Origin: Phyllobates terribilis
Taxonomy: Eukaryota
DNA length: 64,000 nt
Assembly: GCF_046119375.1 (NCBI RefSeq)
Contig: NW_027362761.1
Coordinates: 311,426,001-311,490,000, forward strand
Reading direction: 5' to 3'
Positions 1 to 11,249 of this stretch are shown in pieces. How positions within the stretch are numbered: the first letter of the stretch is position 1; each line of letters begins with the position of its first letter. A program made the translations under genes and the position numbers. The notes under the pieces are model-generated. The model was not told where the DNA came from. It saw only the letters and a program-made list of their open reading frames with translations, and did not search any database.

Positions 1-9
1 GATTGTTTG

Positions 10-1234
10 TGTGGCGCCCCTGAGGGTACAATCACCACAGGGGTACTGCATCTCACCCAGAGGTGTGGTATCTCACTCTCAGGTAAGGATGGAGTACTGC
101 CCGGGACCCAACCACTTGCATACATTACACTCCACTTCAGAGGGCACGGCGAGATTGCTCCTAAGGAGAGCACAGTCCCTGGTCCCTAGCTGGAGGGTGG
201 AACTATGTAGTGGGTGTGGGTGGAGGAAGGAGTTTAGGGGAGCATTTCAGTAGGAGTATAAGAAGGGATGGAACCATCTAGAAGGGGTTCAGTCAGAGGA
301 GGACAGTGAGAGGAGCAGGAGCTCTGCTCAGGAGCAGAGGGCCTGAGTGAGAGAGGCCAAGGAGGTGAGACTGACTGAAGAGAGGAGAGGAGCAGGAAGG
401 AAGGCTCCAGAAGGAAAGAGGGGATCCTAGGGGTATGGGAAGTGCTGGAGGCCACCAGTACGCCCGAATCTACCAGGACGTGGAGGGATCAAGCCGCAGA
501 GGGTACCGGTCCGTAACTAGTGGGAATTGCAATATTCAGCTAGAACCCGGAGGCTTCTACACTTTCAGGGTGTAGTTGCTACAGCCGCAATTAATCGCCA
601 AAAAGGTAGCCACACAGGATCCAGGGAACTCCAGGTTGCCCGCCAAGATCTGAGGTTACCAGCTTGGGACACTGTTTGCGAGGCGCAGGGCAGGAGGGTG
701 AGAGCCAGCGCAGAAAGACGACTGAGAAAGGCACACAGAAAGGGGTCCCGTTAAGTGCTCTTGAATTACCTGATGGATTGCTGAACCCCTCCCGTGGTGA
801 ACGCAGGACGACGTGGCTGGTTATAATCTGCAGTTGTAACCAGCCAGGAGCAACATGATAATCGTGAGTAAACCCTGAAGACTGCACCCCACTGTCTCTG
901 TGAATTATTGCTGCGCCATCATCCCCTGCACCACACTGCACAACAACATCTACCTCATCCATAATCACCACAGCAACGCCCTGGAGCTTAGCTCTACCTG
1001 TGGAGAGCTGAACCAACTCTGCTGCATTACCAACAGCTCCAGAAGCGGCGGCTCCATATAGCCGCATACCACAGGTGGCGTCACGAACATTAAACATAAA
1101 AACTATAATCCTTTTCTTTAAAACCCCTTTTATTGACCGCCCTGGGTCACGGCCTGGGTCACCGCCACTGTGACATCTCCCCTAGCAATGACCGGCTCGG
1201 CTACCGAGTACCCCACAGCCCAGGGGGCGCGTCA
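10..1234 (+). mobile_element. Solo LTR, tRNA-Ser Gypsy clade
   Basis: Starts TGTGGCGCCCCTG, ends CAGGGGGCGCGTCA. 4-bp TSD TTTG at 6-9 and 1235-1238. 5' end homologous to LTRs at 3997 and 6462. Confidence 0.92.
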
Positions 1235-1382
1235 TTTGTACCAAAGCTTCCTTTTCGAGACAAAATATATATTTCAAGGAAAGGGTTGAAGAAAAAGTGA
1301 AAATGTATTGCTAGAATTTTCAGACCTTCCTTTAACTATTAGTTCTCTACTAACTGGAATAAACTGCCATTGGTTTTAGAAA

Positions 1383-1432
1383 GATAGATAGATGGATGGA
1401 TGGATGGATGGATGGATGGATGGATGGATAGA
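1383..1432. repeat. (GATA)n/(GGAT)n microsatellite
   Basis: Directly visible tetranucleotide run. Confidence 0.95.
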
Positions 1433-1485
1433 ATGTATGAGTGGATAGGTGCAAGCCATTAGAAATCTTCTATTATGGTTCTCCC

Positions 1486-1554
1486 AAAGCATTTGATACT
1501 GTACCACAGAAAAGATTAGTACTTAAAATCACAATGCTTGGACTTAGGGAAAAT
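1486..1554 (+). pseudogene. CR1-type LINE reverse transcriptase fragment
   Basis: Translates as KAFDTVPQKRLVLKITMLGLREN, matching the DFSKAFDTV.H..L..K motif of CR1/L2-clade RTs. Confidence 0.7.
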
Positions 1555-2151
1555 ATACTCTATAGACAATAGTATTGGGATTCACTAAGGATATTGAAAT
1601 TCCACATATCATTAATTCACATTAGTGTATACCACTGGAAATAGTTACAAATTAATGGGGAAAAGGAAAAGGGTGTCAGAATGTGAAGAAAATAAAACCT
1701 TTATTAATTACCATGTAAAAATATCAGTGTAAGTGCACTTATTAGAATGATTACACTCTGTCACGGCATTTGAGCACAGGTCAAGCTGCTGATTGAGCGA
1801 CAATCGTACATCCAACTATGTATATTATCATGTACGGCTATTATTTACTTATATGTCAAATTGCCAGATAGGGATATAAGCCAAAGTTCCCTTGCATTAA
1901 TTATTAGCTACTATTAAATTACTAAAGAGGGAGAGCAAGGGTTATTGCAATCTCTGTGCAAAGGCCTGCTAATGAGCTATTTGCATATCAGCATTCAGCC
2001 AGCAGAACTACTGTATATTCCAAGATTTGGTATGCTGTGAACAAAAAACAGTTCCTATGTAATAAAGCATTGACATTGTGTTATAGGACTGATAAACTTA
2101 AAAGCGAGCTGTGAGCACACTTTCACTCAAGCGTTTTATTAGTCACTGTTA

Positions 2152-2990
2152 GGCTGGGTGCCCAAGTAGCGTTTTTCAAGCGTTTATGCTGCGGAATTTC
2201 CGCAGCATAAACGCTTGTGAAACGCTAGGTAATCCGCACCCCATGGTCCCCAAGGGGATTCCGCATGTTCTATGCACATGCTGCGGATTTTTCCGCAGCG
2301 TTTATGCTGCGTACAAAAATCCGCAGCATGTCATTTCATTTTGCGGAAGCGCAGCGGAACTCCCGCCATTGACTTGCATTGAGACGCATAGAAACCGCGA
2401 CTGTACATTTGTACAAGCGGCTTCTATGCGTCTCTATGTGCGGATGGTACCCAGTTCTGGAGGAGAGGAGACTCTCTTCCAGACCTGGGTACCATTTTAC
2501 CTGTAAAAAAAGAATAAAATAACAAATAAAGTTTATACTCACCTTTCCGAAGGCTTCTCTCTGAATGCCGGCATCGCTTGAGGACCTGCGGTGACGTCAC
2601 AGTCATGTGACCGCAGGCCCTTCACCGCTCTGTCTCGCGATATGCCGGCAGCCAGGAACCAGACAGGAACGAGCGCTGCAGCCACGCCGGGGCCTCGGGG
2701 TTGAGTATAGCTTTATTTGTTTTAATTTTTACGGTTCACACTGTATAAATCCATGCTGTTTGCATGGATTTATACAGTGTGACCTAGTTGTCAAGCACTT
2801 TCCAAGTGATGCTATCGCCTGGAAAGCGCTTGTCAATCTGCATGCGGAAACGCATGTGAACCCGCATGTGGATCCGCATGTGTTTTGCAGGAAAAACGCA
2901 TGCACAATCTGCATGCGTTTTTTCTGCCAGGGAGATGCAGAAATGCTGCAGAAATTTTCTGCTTCATTTCTGCATCGTGGGCACATAGCC
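2152..2990. mobile_element. Non-autonomous MITE, PIF/Harbinger-like
   Basis: Imperfect TIR GGCTGGGTGCCCA / TGGGCACATAGCC. TTA on both flanks (2149-2151, 2991-2993). Internal palindromes such as TTTATGCTGCGGAATTTCCGCAGCATAAA. Confidence 0.7.
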
Positions 2991-3430
2991 TTATTTAATA
3001 GACACAGGCAATCACCATTTCAGCTCACTATCAGTCACTGTTACACAGCAAATAAGCCACAAAGTGGCAGATCACATAAACTTGCAGAGCATGGTCGCTG
3101 AATGTTGAGGTGTATAGGGCACAAAAGTTGTCAACACTCTTCTTGTGAAAGATCATTGTTGTAGGGCCTAGCCTATGGGAAATTGATTATTGAATGAGTA
3201 AACGATCCCGGATGTATAAGAGGAAAGGAATCAGAGATATGAGATTTGAGGAACATGGCCTATGTCTAGGGGATATGCAGGGAAAGGAATGAATAGGAAG
3301 TTGGAAGAGCCTCCTTGTATCTCAGCATAATGTTTTGATAAAGGATGGCCATGGAATTTGTTTTTTATGGCCATTCCATGGACATCCTTTATCAAAACAT
3401 GAAGGTTTTTCCAATGGCACAATAATATGG

Positions 3431-3572
3431 GGCATACAAAAGGTTAATAAAAACTGGCGAGGAGGAGACTATATTAAACCGATGTCTCGTATTGAGTCAG
3501 TGGATTTTTGAATTGGACAGTCTAAAACCAAAAGGTTTGAATAGTGAGATTGAGCTATTAGCGTTTCAGTAA
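3431..3572 (+). pseudogene. Penelope-like element GIY-YIG C-terminal relic
   Basis: GIQKVNKNWRGGDYIKPMSRIES, frameshift, then WIFELDSLKPKGLNSEIEL*. Same motif class as the end of the 22571-23572 ORF (ESQWIYELHSVAPFGLNEEL). Confidence 0.75.
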
Positions 3573-3660
3573 ATATAAGTTGGTTTCTAAATACGATTTT
3601 GAATCTATCTATACACTACCATTAGACTGGGCTATGAAAGGGTCAACTTACACTTCTAGA

Positions 3661-3706
3661 CCATTCCTGAGGAAGGAAACTGGCATTTCTGAAACGTGTT
3701 GGAAGG
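3661..3706 (+). ncRNA. Minimal type-I hammerhead ribozyme motif (PLE-associated)
   Basis: ccattc-CTGAGGA-aggaa..tttct-GAAA-cgtg-TT-ggaagg: core boxes, stem II and partial stem I. About 90 bp downstream of the Penelope relic. Confidence 0.6.
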
Positions 3707-5236
3707 AATATTGGTCCTCTCTGTGATCCATACTAGCATCAGCTACATAACGTCACGCAATGACCCTTCATTCAGGATACTTAGTAAATTAACACGTACG
3801 AGCCTCCGAAAGTATTTCCCTCAGAGCGTCTACTGCCGGCCAGGGCACCGCTCAAGTGACTCCTTTAATCAGACTGCACCTTAACTCCCGCACTATTGTA
3901 TACTCTTATATTTTGTTAGCAGAGACATCATTCTTTAAGATGCGGTTCACATATATATGTAAACACTTATATGTGCTACCTGTGTGGTATCCTATGTGTG
4001 GCGCCCCTGAGGGTTCAGTACTGCACCTCACGCAGAGGTGTGGTGTCTCTTTCTCTCAGGTAAGGAGGGAGTTCTGCCCAGAACCCCAACACCCGCATTC
4101 AACACTACACTACTCCCGGCCGGCTGGAAGGGCAAGATGCACTGTGCTTCTGCTGAGCCCTGTCCCCGGCTGGAGTGGGGGGAACCAAAGAGAGGGGGAA
4201 CCAGTAGTGGGTGAGGGTGGAGGATGCAGAACAGGGGAACACCATAATAGGAGGTATATAAAGGGAAGCCATCTTAGGGTGGCAGAGTAGTGCAGTGAAG
4301 TGAGTAGTGAGGAGTGGAGGGGAGCAGAGTCTCTTCAGGAGCTCTGCTCCAGAGTGGGGCCTGGCGAGAGAGGCCCAGGAGGGGAGCAGAGGAGGAAGGC
4401 TCCGGTAACTGAAGGGGTCCCAGGGGTACGGAAGGAGCAGGAAGCCACCCTACGCTCTAATCTGTCAAGTGACGGAGGGACCAGGCCGCAAGAAGGGAAC
4501 CCGTCCCTGGACCAGCCGTGTTACTCCAGGTCTAGGCTGGAAAAACCGGAGGCTTCTGCACTTCCATGGTGCAGTTGCCACAGTCTCACCCTAGTCACCG
4601 TGAAGGGCATCAAGTAGGTCCGGGAACTCCTGGTTGCCCAGAGGGACTTCAGAGCACCCGATCGGGACTGTGTGTGGGAAAGCGCAGGGCAGGAGGGAGA
4701 AGACCCAGCGCGAGAAGTCGGTCTAGTGAGGAAGATAAAGAAAGTGGGGTTCCGTCAAGCGCTCCTGATATACTTGAGAAAGTGCTGGACCCCTTATCTG
4801 GTAGACGCAGTGCGACGCGGGAGGCTGACACCTGTACAGTGTACCTGAGAAACTTGAACAAGAACTGTGAGTAAAACTCGGATGACTGCACTGCACTGCC
4901 TCCGTCAGTTATTTCTGCTGCGCCATCTCTCCTGCACTGCAAGCCCCAGCATCACCACCATTTGCACCTACACTACCCCGGGGGCCCGCTCCGCCTGTGG
5001 GGAGCAGAAACATCCCAGCTGCCATCCCATCACCCCCCGGAGGTCTGCAGCAGCGCCGGTAACCATTACCGGAAACCACAGGTGGCGTCACGAGACAAAC
5101 TGTACACTAAAAACGCTTTTTAAAGAGAGACCCAGAGTACGGGCCCGGGAGCCGACTGCCGTGACCTGCTAAACAAGGTAAAAGGCCCGGGCACCGAGTC
5201 CCCTATATTCCCCCTGGGTGACACAGCTCTCTTTCC

Positions 5237-5254
5237 TGGCGTCACGAACAGGAT
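5237..5254 (+). promoter_or_regulatory. Primer binding site, tRNA-Ser(CGA)
   Basis: TGGCGTCACGAACAGGAT is complementary to the vertebrate tRNA-Ser(CGA) 3' end ATCCTGTTCGTGACGCCA (recalled sequence). Confidence 0.88.
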
Positions 5255-5346
5255 TTCGTGCCCGTTGCCACCGGGTACTGTGTGCTTTATTTGAACTGTA
5301 TATTTTCACTGGATGTGGCGCCCGCCCCAGAAGAACAGGCGCCATT

Positions 5347-5847
5347 ATGTGCATACTCAAAGATAACAATATGGAACCTCCCATCGTGGGCCGGGTCCCA
5401 GAATAGCGCCAAAAACACAACCCGCCCCTTGCAACTGTGACTGTCCACATAGATGTGTCCGTCAAGGCGGGGAGGACGTCCCAGGGAGTGACCGACAGCA
5501 GGCTGCCATGGAGCCGCCCCCGAAAAGGGAGGGGAGGAGGAGAGAAGGAATGGAGACAGGGTGTGGTCTTAACCAGTCTAGACAGACCGCACCCGGCAGC
5601 CAGAATGGAAGAAAGCCAGGATGAAGCCTCCGCCTCTGGCCTGCAGCAACAGGTGCCCCCCCTCACCTTGGAGGGAGCAACAAGCAAGCTGTCCCCGGAG
5701 GATGCCGAATTCCTCCAAGCAGAGGTGCAGGAGCTGAGCCGCAGAGTCGAGGAGGAAGAGGACATGCCCCTGCAGTTCATGGCTCATGACCCGGCTGGGT
5801 CAGCCAGCGAAAATCAGGAGCACCCCTGGCGGGGATACCATCACTAA
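5347..5847 (+). pseudogene. Accessory ORF homologous to the N-terminus of the CSD protein at 34098; one in-frame TAG
   Basis: MCILKDNNMEPPIVGRVPE*RQKHNPPLATVTVHIDVSV aligns colinearly with MGVPKEGKRPPPIVGQDRKWRQKWKPPPPTETVMLEVSV. ORF-track entries 5218-5406 and 5437-5847 share one frame. Confidence 0.8.
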
Positions 5848-8334
5848 GTGAGAGTGAATGGACAAACTGTATATAATCACCCGTAAGGGTACATCTTGTT
5901 TGAGTAAGCTAAAGAGTTTTGTGTGCATAATAACCCCGTAAGGGTATACAGACTTCAGGCTGAGGACTGTGAGCAGCCAAGAACTGATCTTGTATATAGT
6001 TTGCAATTCTTAAAGTGCTCTCTATTGGTTTTATATTCGCAACCACAGACCTCAGAACAAAAACCCATTTGGCGTGGCCGAAGACGAGGTCCAGGACCTG
6101 GATCGTCTATGCCCTGCAGACACGCTCAGGGCCTACGTTGAGGGTTTTCGGATGGGTCCCTCATGCTGCTCGATTTGCACTTTTACCAGTGAGATGGACA
6201 CCCTGTTTGGGATCTCACTGCAATTTGCTTGAAAAATGTTGAAAATGTTTTACATGAGAAAATATGTAGATGTAAGTGAAAAGTTTTATATTGTTTGTAA
6301 TAATGTTACCCAGTAACGTTCAAGTAATGTGCCTCCCATAAAGGGAAGAAAAAGTTTTATGATCTTCTAAGCGAATGCATTCTAAAAATTTTGTATGTCT
6401 AAAATACCATGTTTTTGCTCAGTTCCAGCCCGCGGACATGCTGTGTTTTACCAGGGGGGAGTGTGGCGCCTCTGAGGGTTCAGTCGCCACAGAGGTACTG
6501 CACCTCACGCAGAGGTGTGGTGTCTCCTCTCAGGTAAGGAGGGAGTGCTGCCCGGAACCCCAACACCCGCATTCAACACTACACTACTCCAGGCCGACTG
6601 GAAGGGCAAGATGCACTGTGCTTCTGCTGAGCCCTGTTCCTGGCTGGAGTGGGGGGAACCAAAGAGAAGGGGAACCAGTAGTGGGTGAGGGTGGAGGATG
6701 CAGTGCAGGGGAGCACCATAATAGGAGGTATATAAAGGGAAGGCATCTTAGGGTGGCAGAGTAGTGCAGTGAAGTGAGTAGTGAGGAGTGGAGGGGAGCA
6801 GAGTCTCTTCAGGAGCTCTGCTCCAGAGTGGGGCCTGGTGAGAGAGGCCCAGGAGGGGAGCCGAGAAGGAAGGCTCCAGTAACTTAAGGGGTTCCAGGGG
6901 TACGGAAGGAGCAGGAAGCCACCCGTATGCTCTAATCTGTCAAGTGATGGAGGGACCAGGCCGCAAGAAGGGAACCGGTCCCTGGACCAGCCGTGTTACT
7001 CCAGGTCTCGGCTGGAAAACCGGAGGCTTCTGCACTTTCATGGTGCAGTTGCCACAGTCTCACCCTAGTCACCGTGAAGGGCATCAAGTAGGTCCGGGAA
7101 CTCCTGGTTGCCCAGAGGGACTTTAGAGCACCCGATCGGGACTGTGTGTGGGAAAGCGCAGGGCAGGAGGGAGAAGACCCAGCGCGAGAAGTCGGTCTAG
7201 TGAGGAACATAAAGAAAGTGGGGTTCCGTCAAGCGCTCCTGATATACTTGAGAAAGTGCTGGACCCCTTATCTGGTAGACGCAGTGCAACACGAGAGGCT
7301 GACACCTGTACAGTGTACCTGCGAAACTTGAACAAGAACTGTGAGTAAAACTCGGATGACTGCACTGCACTGCCTCCGTCAGTTATTTCTGCTGCGCCAT
7401 CTCTCCTGCACTGCAAGCCCCAGCATCACCACCATTTGCACCTACACTGCCCCGGGGGCCCGCTCCGCCTGTGGGGAGCAGAAACATCCCAGCTGCTATC
7501 CCATCACCCCTCGGAGGTCTGCAGCAGCGCCGGTAACCATTACCGGAAACTACAGGTGGTGTCACGAGACAAACTGTACACTAAAACCCCTTTTTAAAGA
7601 GAGACCCCAGAGTACGGGCCCGGGAGCCGACTGCCGTGACCTCCTAAACAAGGTAAAAGGCCTGGGTACCGAGTCCCCTATATTCCCCCTGGGTGACACA
7701 TATGTACCTTACATCTCATGCTTTAACCTCTGAATAATTAATTGTGGTTGTACCTATTTCATTTTAGCGCAAATATATTCTCATTTTAACACATGTAGAT
7801 GGATTCCCTGAGTGTAATTTGCAAAATCTGTTCATTTTTAGGGATTTCTACTGTTTTTGCAACTTAATGGTTCTGTAAATGGTGCCACAAATGATTCCAC
7901 GAAGTTCTGTGCTTCCAAAGGCAATTCCGCATGGATGGGGGGTTTTGTGGAAAATGCGCTCTGCTGTTGGTTATAGTGGTGAATCCAGATACACGTCAAT
8001 GGATTTGCAGCTTTTTATTTGTCTACGCGAAGTGTACAAACTTCTTCAGGACGAAATACGACCATTATATATACCTGGATTCACCAAATTTCCAGTGATT
8101 TAATAAATAAATTCAAAACTTATTGACCTAATTTTACCACTTGCATGAAGTACAAAGAGTCTCAAACAAACAAATTCAGAATTTCTGGGATTGGAAGAAG
8201 CATTCCAAAGTGACATGTCAGATTTGACAAATGGGACTCTGTCAGCAAGGTCGAAACAAACATTGGTGGTAAGGGGTTAAATTAGGCAATAGGCAAAAGT
8301 TATACAAAATCATATACATTACCACTCACAACAG

Positions 8335-8386
8335 ATTTGCAGGATGCAGCCTTTGCATAATAGGAGGCACAGAAATATGTTTATAA
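8335..8386 (+). promoter_or_regulatory. Ig light-chain V promoter (octamer variants plus TATA-like box)
   Basis: ATTTGCAG 8335-8342 and CTTTGCAT 8351-8358 (octamer consensus ATTTGCAT); TTTATAA 8380-8386. All 60-110 bp upstream of the leader ATG. Confidence 0.7.
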
Positions 8387-8446
8387 CAGTCACAACCCAG
8401 TGAATAAACTCATCTTAACTGTGTAGCTGTCTTCTGTCTCTTCATC

Positions 8447-8922
8447 ATGGTCATATTATTGCATAGATTTTGCTGGCTGCTCATCTTGATAGTTGGTAAG
8501 AGAAGTTTTACTTATAAAATATTAGATTGCATGAGAAACTGTGAGGATTGAAACATCATTTTTATATTACTGCCATTATAATATAAGTGTAATCCATATT
8601 TCTTCCAGAGTCCCGGGCACAGCACTCAGTGACACAGGAACCATCAATAACGATTTCTCCGGGACAAAATGTCAAAATGTCATGTACTTTAGGAGGAGGT
8701 CTAACTGTTGCCTCAAACAGGGTGATATTTTACCAACAAAAGGACAAGTCCCCCAAATATATCCTATATTATTTCACTGAGTCCAGCAACGGCAAGGGGC
8801 AAGATGTTCCGCCACGTTTTGTGGGGTCTGCCAAAAATAATATTGGGTATTTGAGTATAAATGATGTTCAGCAAGACGATGATGCTGTCTACTACTGTGC
8901 GACATGGACAGGTAGTCAGTGA
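8447..8922 (+). CDS. IGLV: Immunoglobulin light-chain V segment, lambda-like (exon 1 8447-8495, intron 8496-8608, exon 2 8609-8922)
   Basis: Leader MVILLHRFCWLLILIV, phase-1 GTAAG...TTCCAG intron. V domain QHSVTQEPSITISPGQNVKMSC...FYQQK...YYCATWTGSQ* with both Cys, YQQK and D.A.YYC. Followed by heptamer CACAGTG. Confidence 0.9.
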
Positions 8923-8961
8923 CACAGTGCCAGAAGATTATGAGGAAGTAATAAAGATATC
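8923..8961 (+). promoter_or_regulatory. Recombination signal sequence: perfect heptamer, probable 23-bp spacer, degenerate nonamer
   Basis: CACAGTG 8923-8929. Spacer contains ATGAGGAAGT, resembling V-lambda spacers. Nonamer position reads AAAGATATC (5/9 to ACAAAAACC). Confidence 0.7.
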
Positions 8962-9942
8962 TGCTAATACATTCTGTACATTATCTTCTCACATAGGACA
9001 ATTACCAGTAGTTTAATTCTGAGCAGTTTCTTATAGCTAAACTCAGGGGCTGGCTTGCAAATTTTAACTTGGGGGACAAGCACACAACAGTGGCCCATGA
9101 AACGCGGCTCACCAGTATCATATTTACCTCTAGCTGATCGATAAATTAAAGGTAACGAGGCTTTAAAAAGACAAATATTGGTGTGCTACTGGGATCACAC
9201 ACATGTACGCAATTACAGATACATTTTGCTGTCTCTAATAGCACAAGTAGGTGTTGCAGTGATCAGTCATATAAGACCATAATCTTAAAACGTGAAACTT
9301 CAGCATCCCAAATCAGAGACCTCTATAAAATTCAGCATACAGAAAACTCAACACATCAAACAAACTCTATAAAGAAACATGTTCACCAAAGATATGACAC
9401 ATCAACAAACAAACAAACAAGTCCATCAAAAGCATAATATAGAACTAGCTTACATTGTCAAATAAGACAGGATAACCACACTTCCACGTCCTTTGTCTAC
9501 CCTTATTCACACACTGAGGTCAACTTTGACACATGGTAAAGTTTTTAATATTAGACAGAGTAGGACTATCCCGAATGGGTTCACCTTGCTGTGGTGGAAT
9601 TGCTTTCATGCTATTTTTGATCAAAAACAGTGTTACTAAGTACCCTATTTTATTTAAATACACTTTTGCTTTTTATTTATTTATTTACAGCAGGGTTTAT
9701 GTTCATCATTTTGCTTCTTGTAGGTTTTTTTCTGATTTATGGCCATTGTAAGCATGCGTTTATGTGCCGCATGTATACCAACTTAAACCAAGCTCAAATT
9801 CTGTGTTTTGACACTTTCACTTCTATTGCCTCTCTGTACTACAAGCCCTTTTGGTATTTGACCTCAGACCTTCTGACCAACCTGTCTCACGGCTTGTCCG
9901 TGAGTAGTGACTCAGCGACATACCAGGCATATACAGTTTAGC

Positions 9943-10654
9943 TTAATATTTGCTGGAAATATATCTTTTAATACGCAAATAAGGGCACTTCAGTGCACCA
10001 TTGGCCTGGCCTATGCCTTGGTGTAACCTTATGTCCTTATATTTGGATATGAAAGCCAGTCCCTTGTCTTGATTGACAGCGCTCATTTAGTAAGAGCGGT
10101 AGCTGTCTAAAACCACTTTGTGTTCTGTGCTTGTGATAAGAATTGACGCTAGATGAGCACAGCAGCGCACTCCACGTGTCAGTGCGGGTGTGTACAATGT
10201 GGCTGTGGGTCCCTGATGCCAGATTCCTGCATGCCTGCAGCCGCCACTTGGAGCCCTGGAAGAGTAGCAAGCAAACTGCTTCAATGAGGAGGAGAAGGCC
10301 TTGTGATGTATGCATGCTGTCTGCTCATTCAATACCCCTCCTCTTCACTGAAGCCGTTCAAGTGGCAGCCATAGACAGACAAGAACCAGACATGAGAATG
10401 AGCCTGTAGCCACACTGATACTTAGAGCACGCTGTTGCGCTTGGCCAGTGTCAGTGCGCAAGTGCAGACTTGCAAGTTGATTTTAGACAGTACTCACGTC
10501 TACCAATGAAACGCTGTCAATAAAGACAAAAGACTGGTTTTAGTAAACAAATAAGAAGGTGTACCGGTGCACCAAAGCATAGGCAGCGTTAAGGGTGCAC
10601 CGAAGCACCCTCATTTGTATATTAAATAAAGGTAGATATTCCTGAAAATATTAA
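9943..10654. mobile_element. MITE-like element with long imperfect terminal inverted repeats
   Basis: TAAGGGCACTTCAGTGCACC (9980-9999) is inverted to GGTGCACCGAAGCACCCTCA (10594-10613); weaker symmetry continues outward to TTAA-like ends. Confidence 0.4.
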
Positions 10655-10996
10655 AGAAGCACTCCGGTATTTTTTTTTCCCCTGAATCTGTGTAAATGTT
10701 AGTGTAGTGTAATATCTGTGTGATAATATACTTACTGATCACTGTCTTTTTCAGTGTCCAGCGCCGTTTCACACCATTTCATACTCTCAGGTTGACAATG
10801 CGATCTGTGTGTGACCTGGAAGTGTCTTTAATCTAAGTCTACGGAGCGTCAGAACAAGACTCCATTGGCTCACATTGTAAAAGAGACTTCCGGCTCACAT
10901 ATAGAGCGCAGTGTCAGCCTAAGAATCCGAAACGCCATCAGGTGACTCAGAAGCGGAGCAGTGCTGGATACATGTGATCGGTGAGTATATTACTAG

Positions 10997-11035
10997 GATA
11001 TGAGTAAGAACCATGCTGGTCCGAAACGTGTCATC
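10997..11035 (+). ncRNA. Degenerate PLE hammerhead motif
   Basis: gat-aTGAGTA-a-gaacca-tgc-tggtcc-GAAA-cgtg-TC-atc; the CUGANGA box carries two substitutions. Confidence 0.4.
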
Positions 11036-11249
11036 TTTCTCTAATTGTTATGTCCCTTTTCCCTTTGAATATGTTTTTTAATTGAGTTTCATTAAATGTG
11101 AAGTTTTAAATACAATATATTTTCTTTTGGGATTACTGGATTTTTCCTATTGCTCTTATGATGTAGAGGTATAGACTCTGATTCCTTTGGGCCCCTTTTT
11201 CGTGTCTCACATATCTCAGTTTACTTAGGTAAAATACATTTTTAACATA

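Larger units (their letters stand above)
3997..7700 (+). mobile_element. Non-autonomous LTR retrotransposon (no gag/pol), 1.24-kb internal region
   Basis: LTRs 3997-5225 and 6462-7700 (TG...CA, visibly diverged). TSD TATG at 3993-3996 and 7701-7704. PBS 5237-5254. PPT AGGGGGGAG 6453-6461. Confidence 0.95.

Noticed and set aside
3231-3422. Minus-strand IKNKFHGHPLSKHY as a second Penelope fragment
   Set aside because: Suggestive but short, with no adjoining GIY-YIG motifs I could confirm.
7727-8276. Possible TTAA-flanked non-autonomous element
   Set aside because: TTAA on both sides but terminal inverted repeats are too weak to call.
8629-8922. Assignment as TCR-gamma V because of YYCATW
   Set aside because: Octamer promoter, TQEPS..SPGQ framework and lambda-like spacer favour Ig light chain; a sigma isotype is not excluded without a phylogeny.
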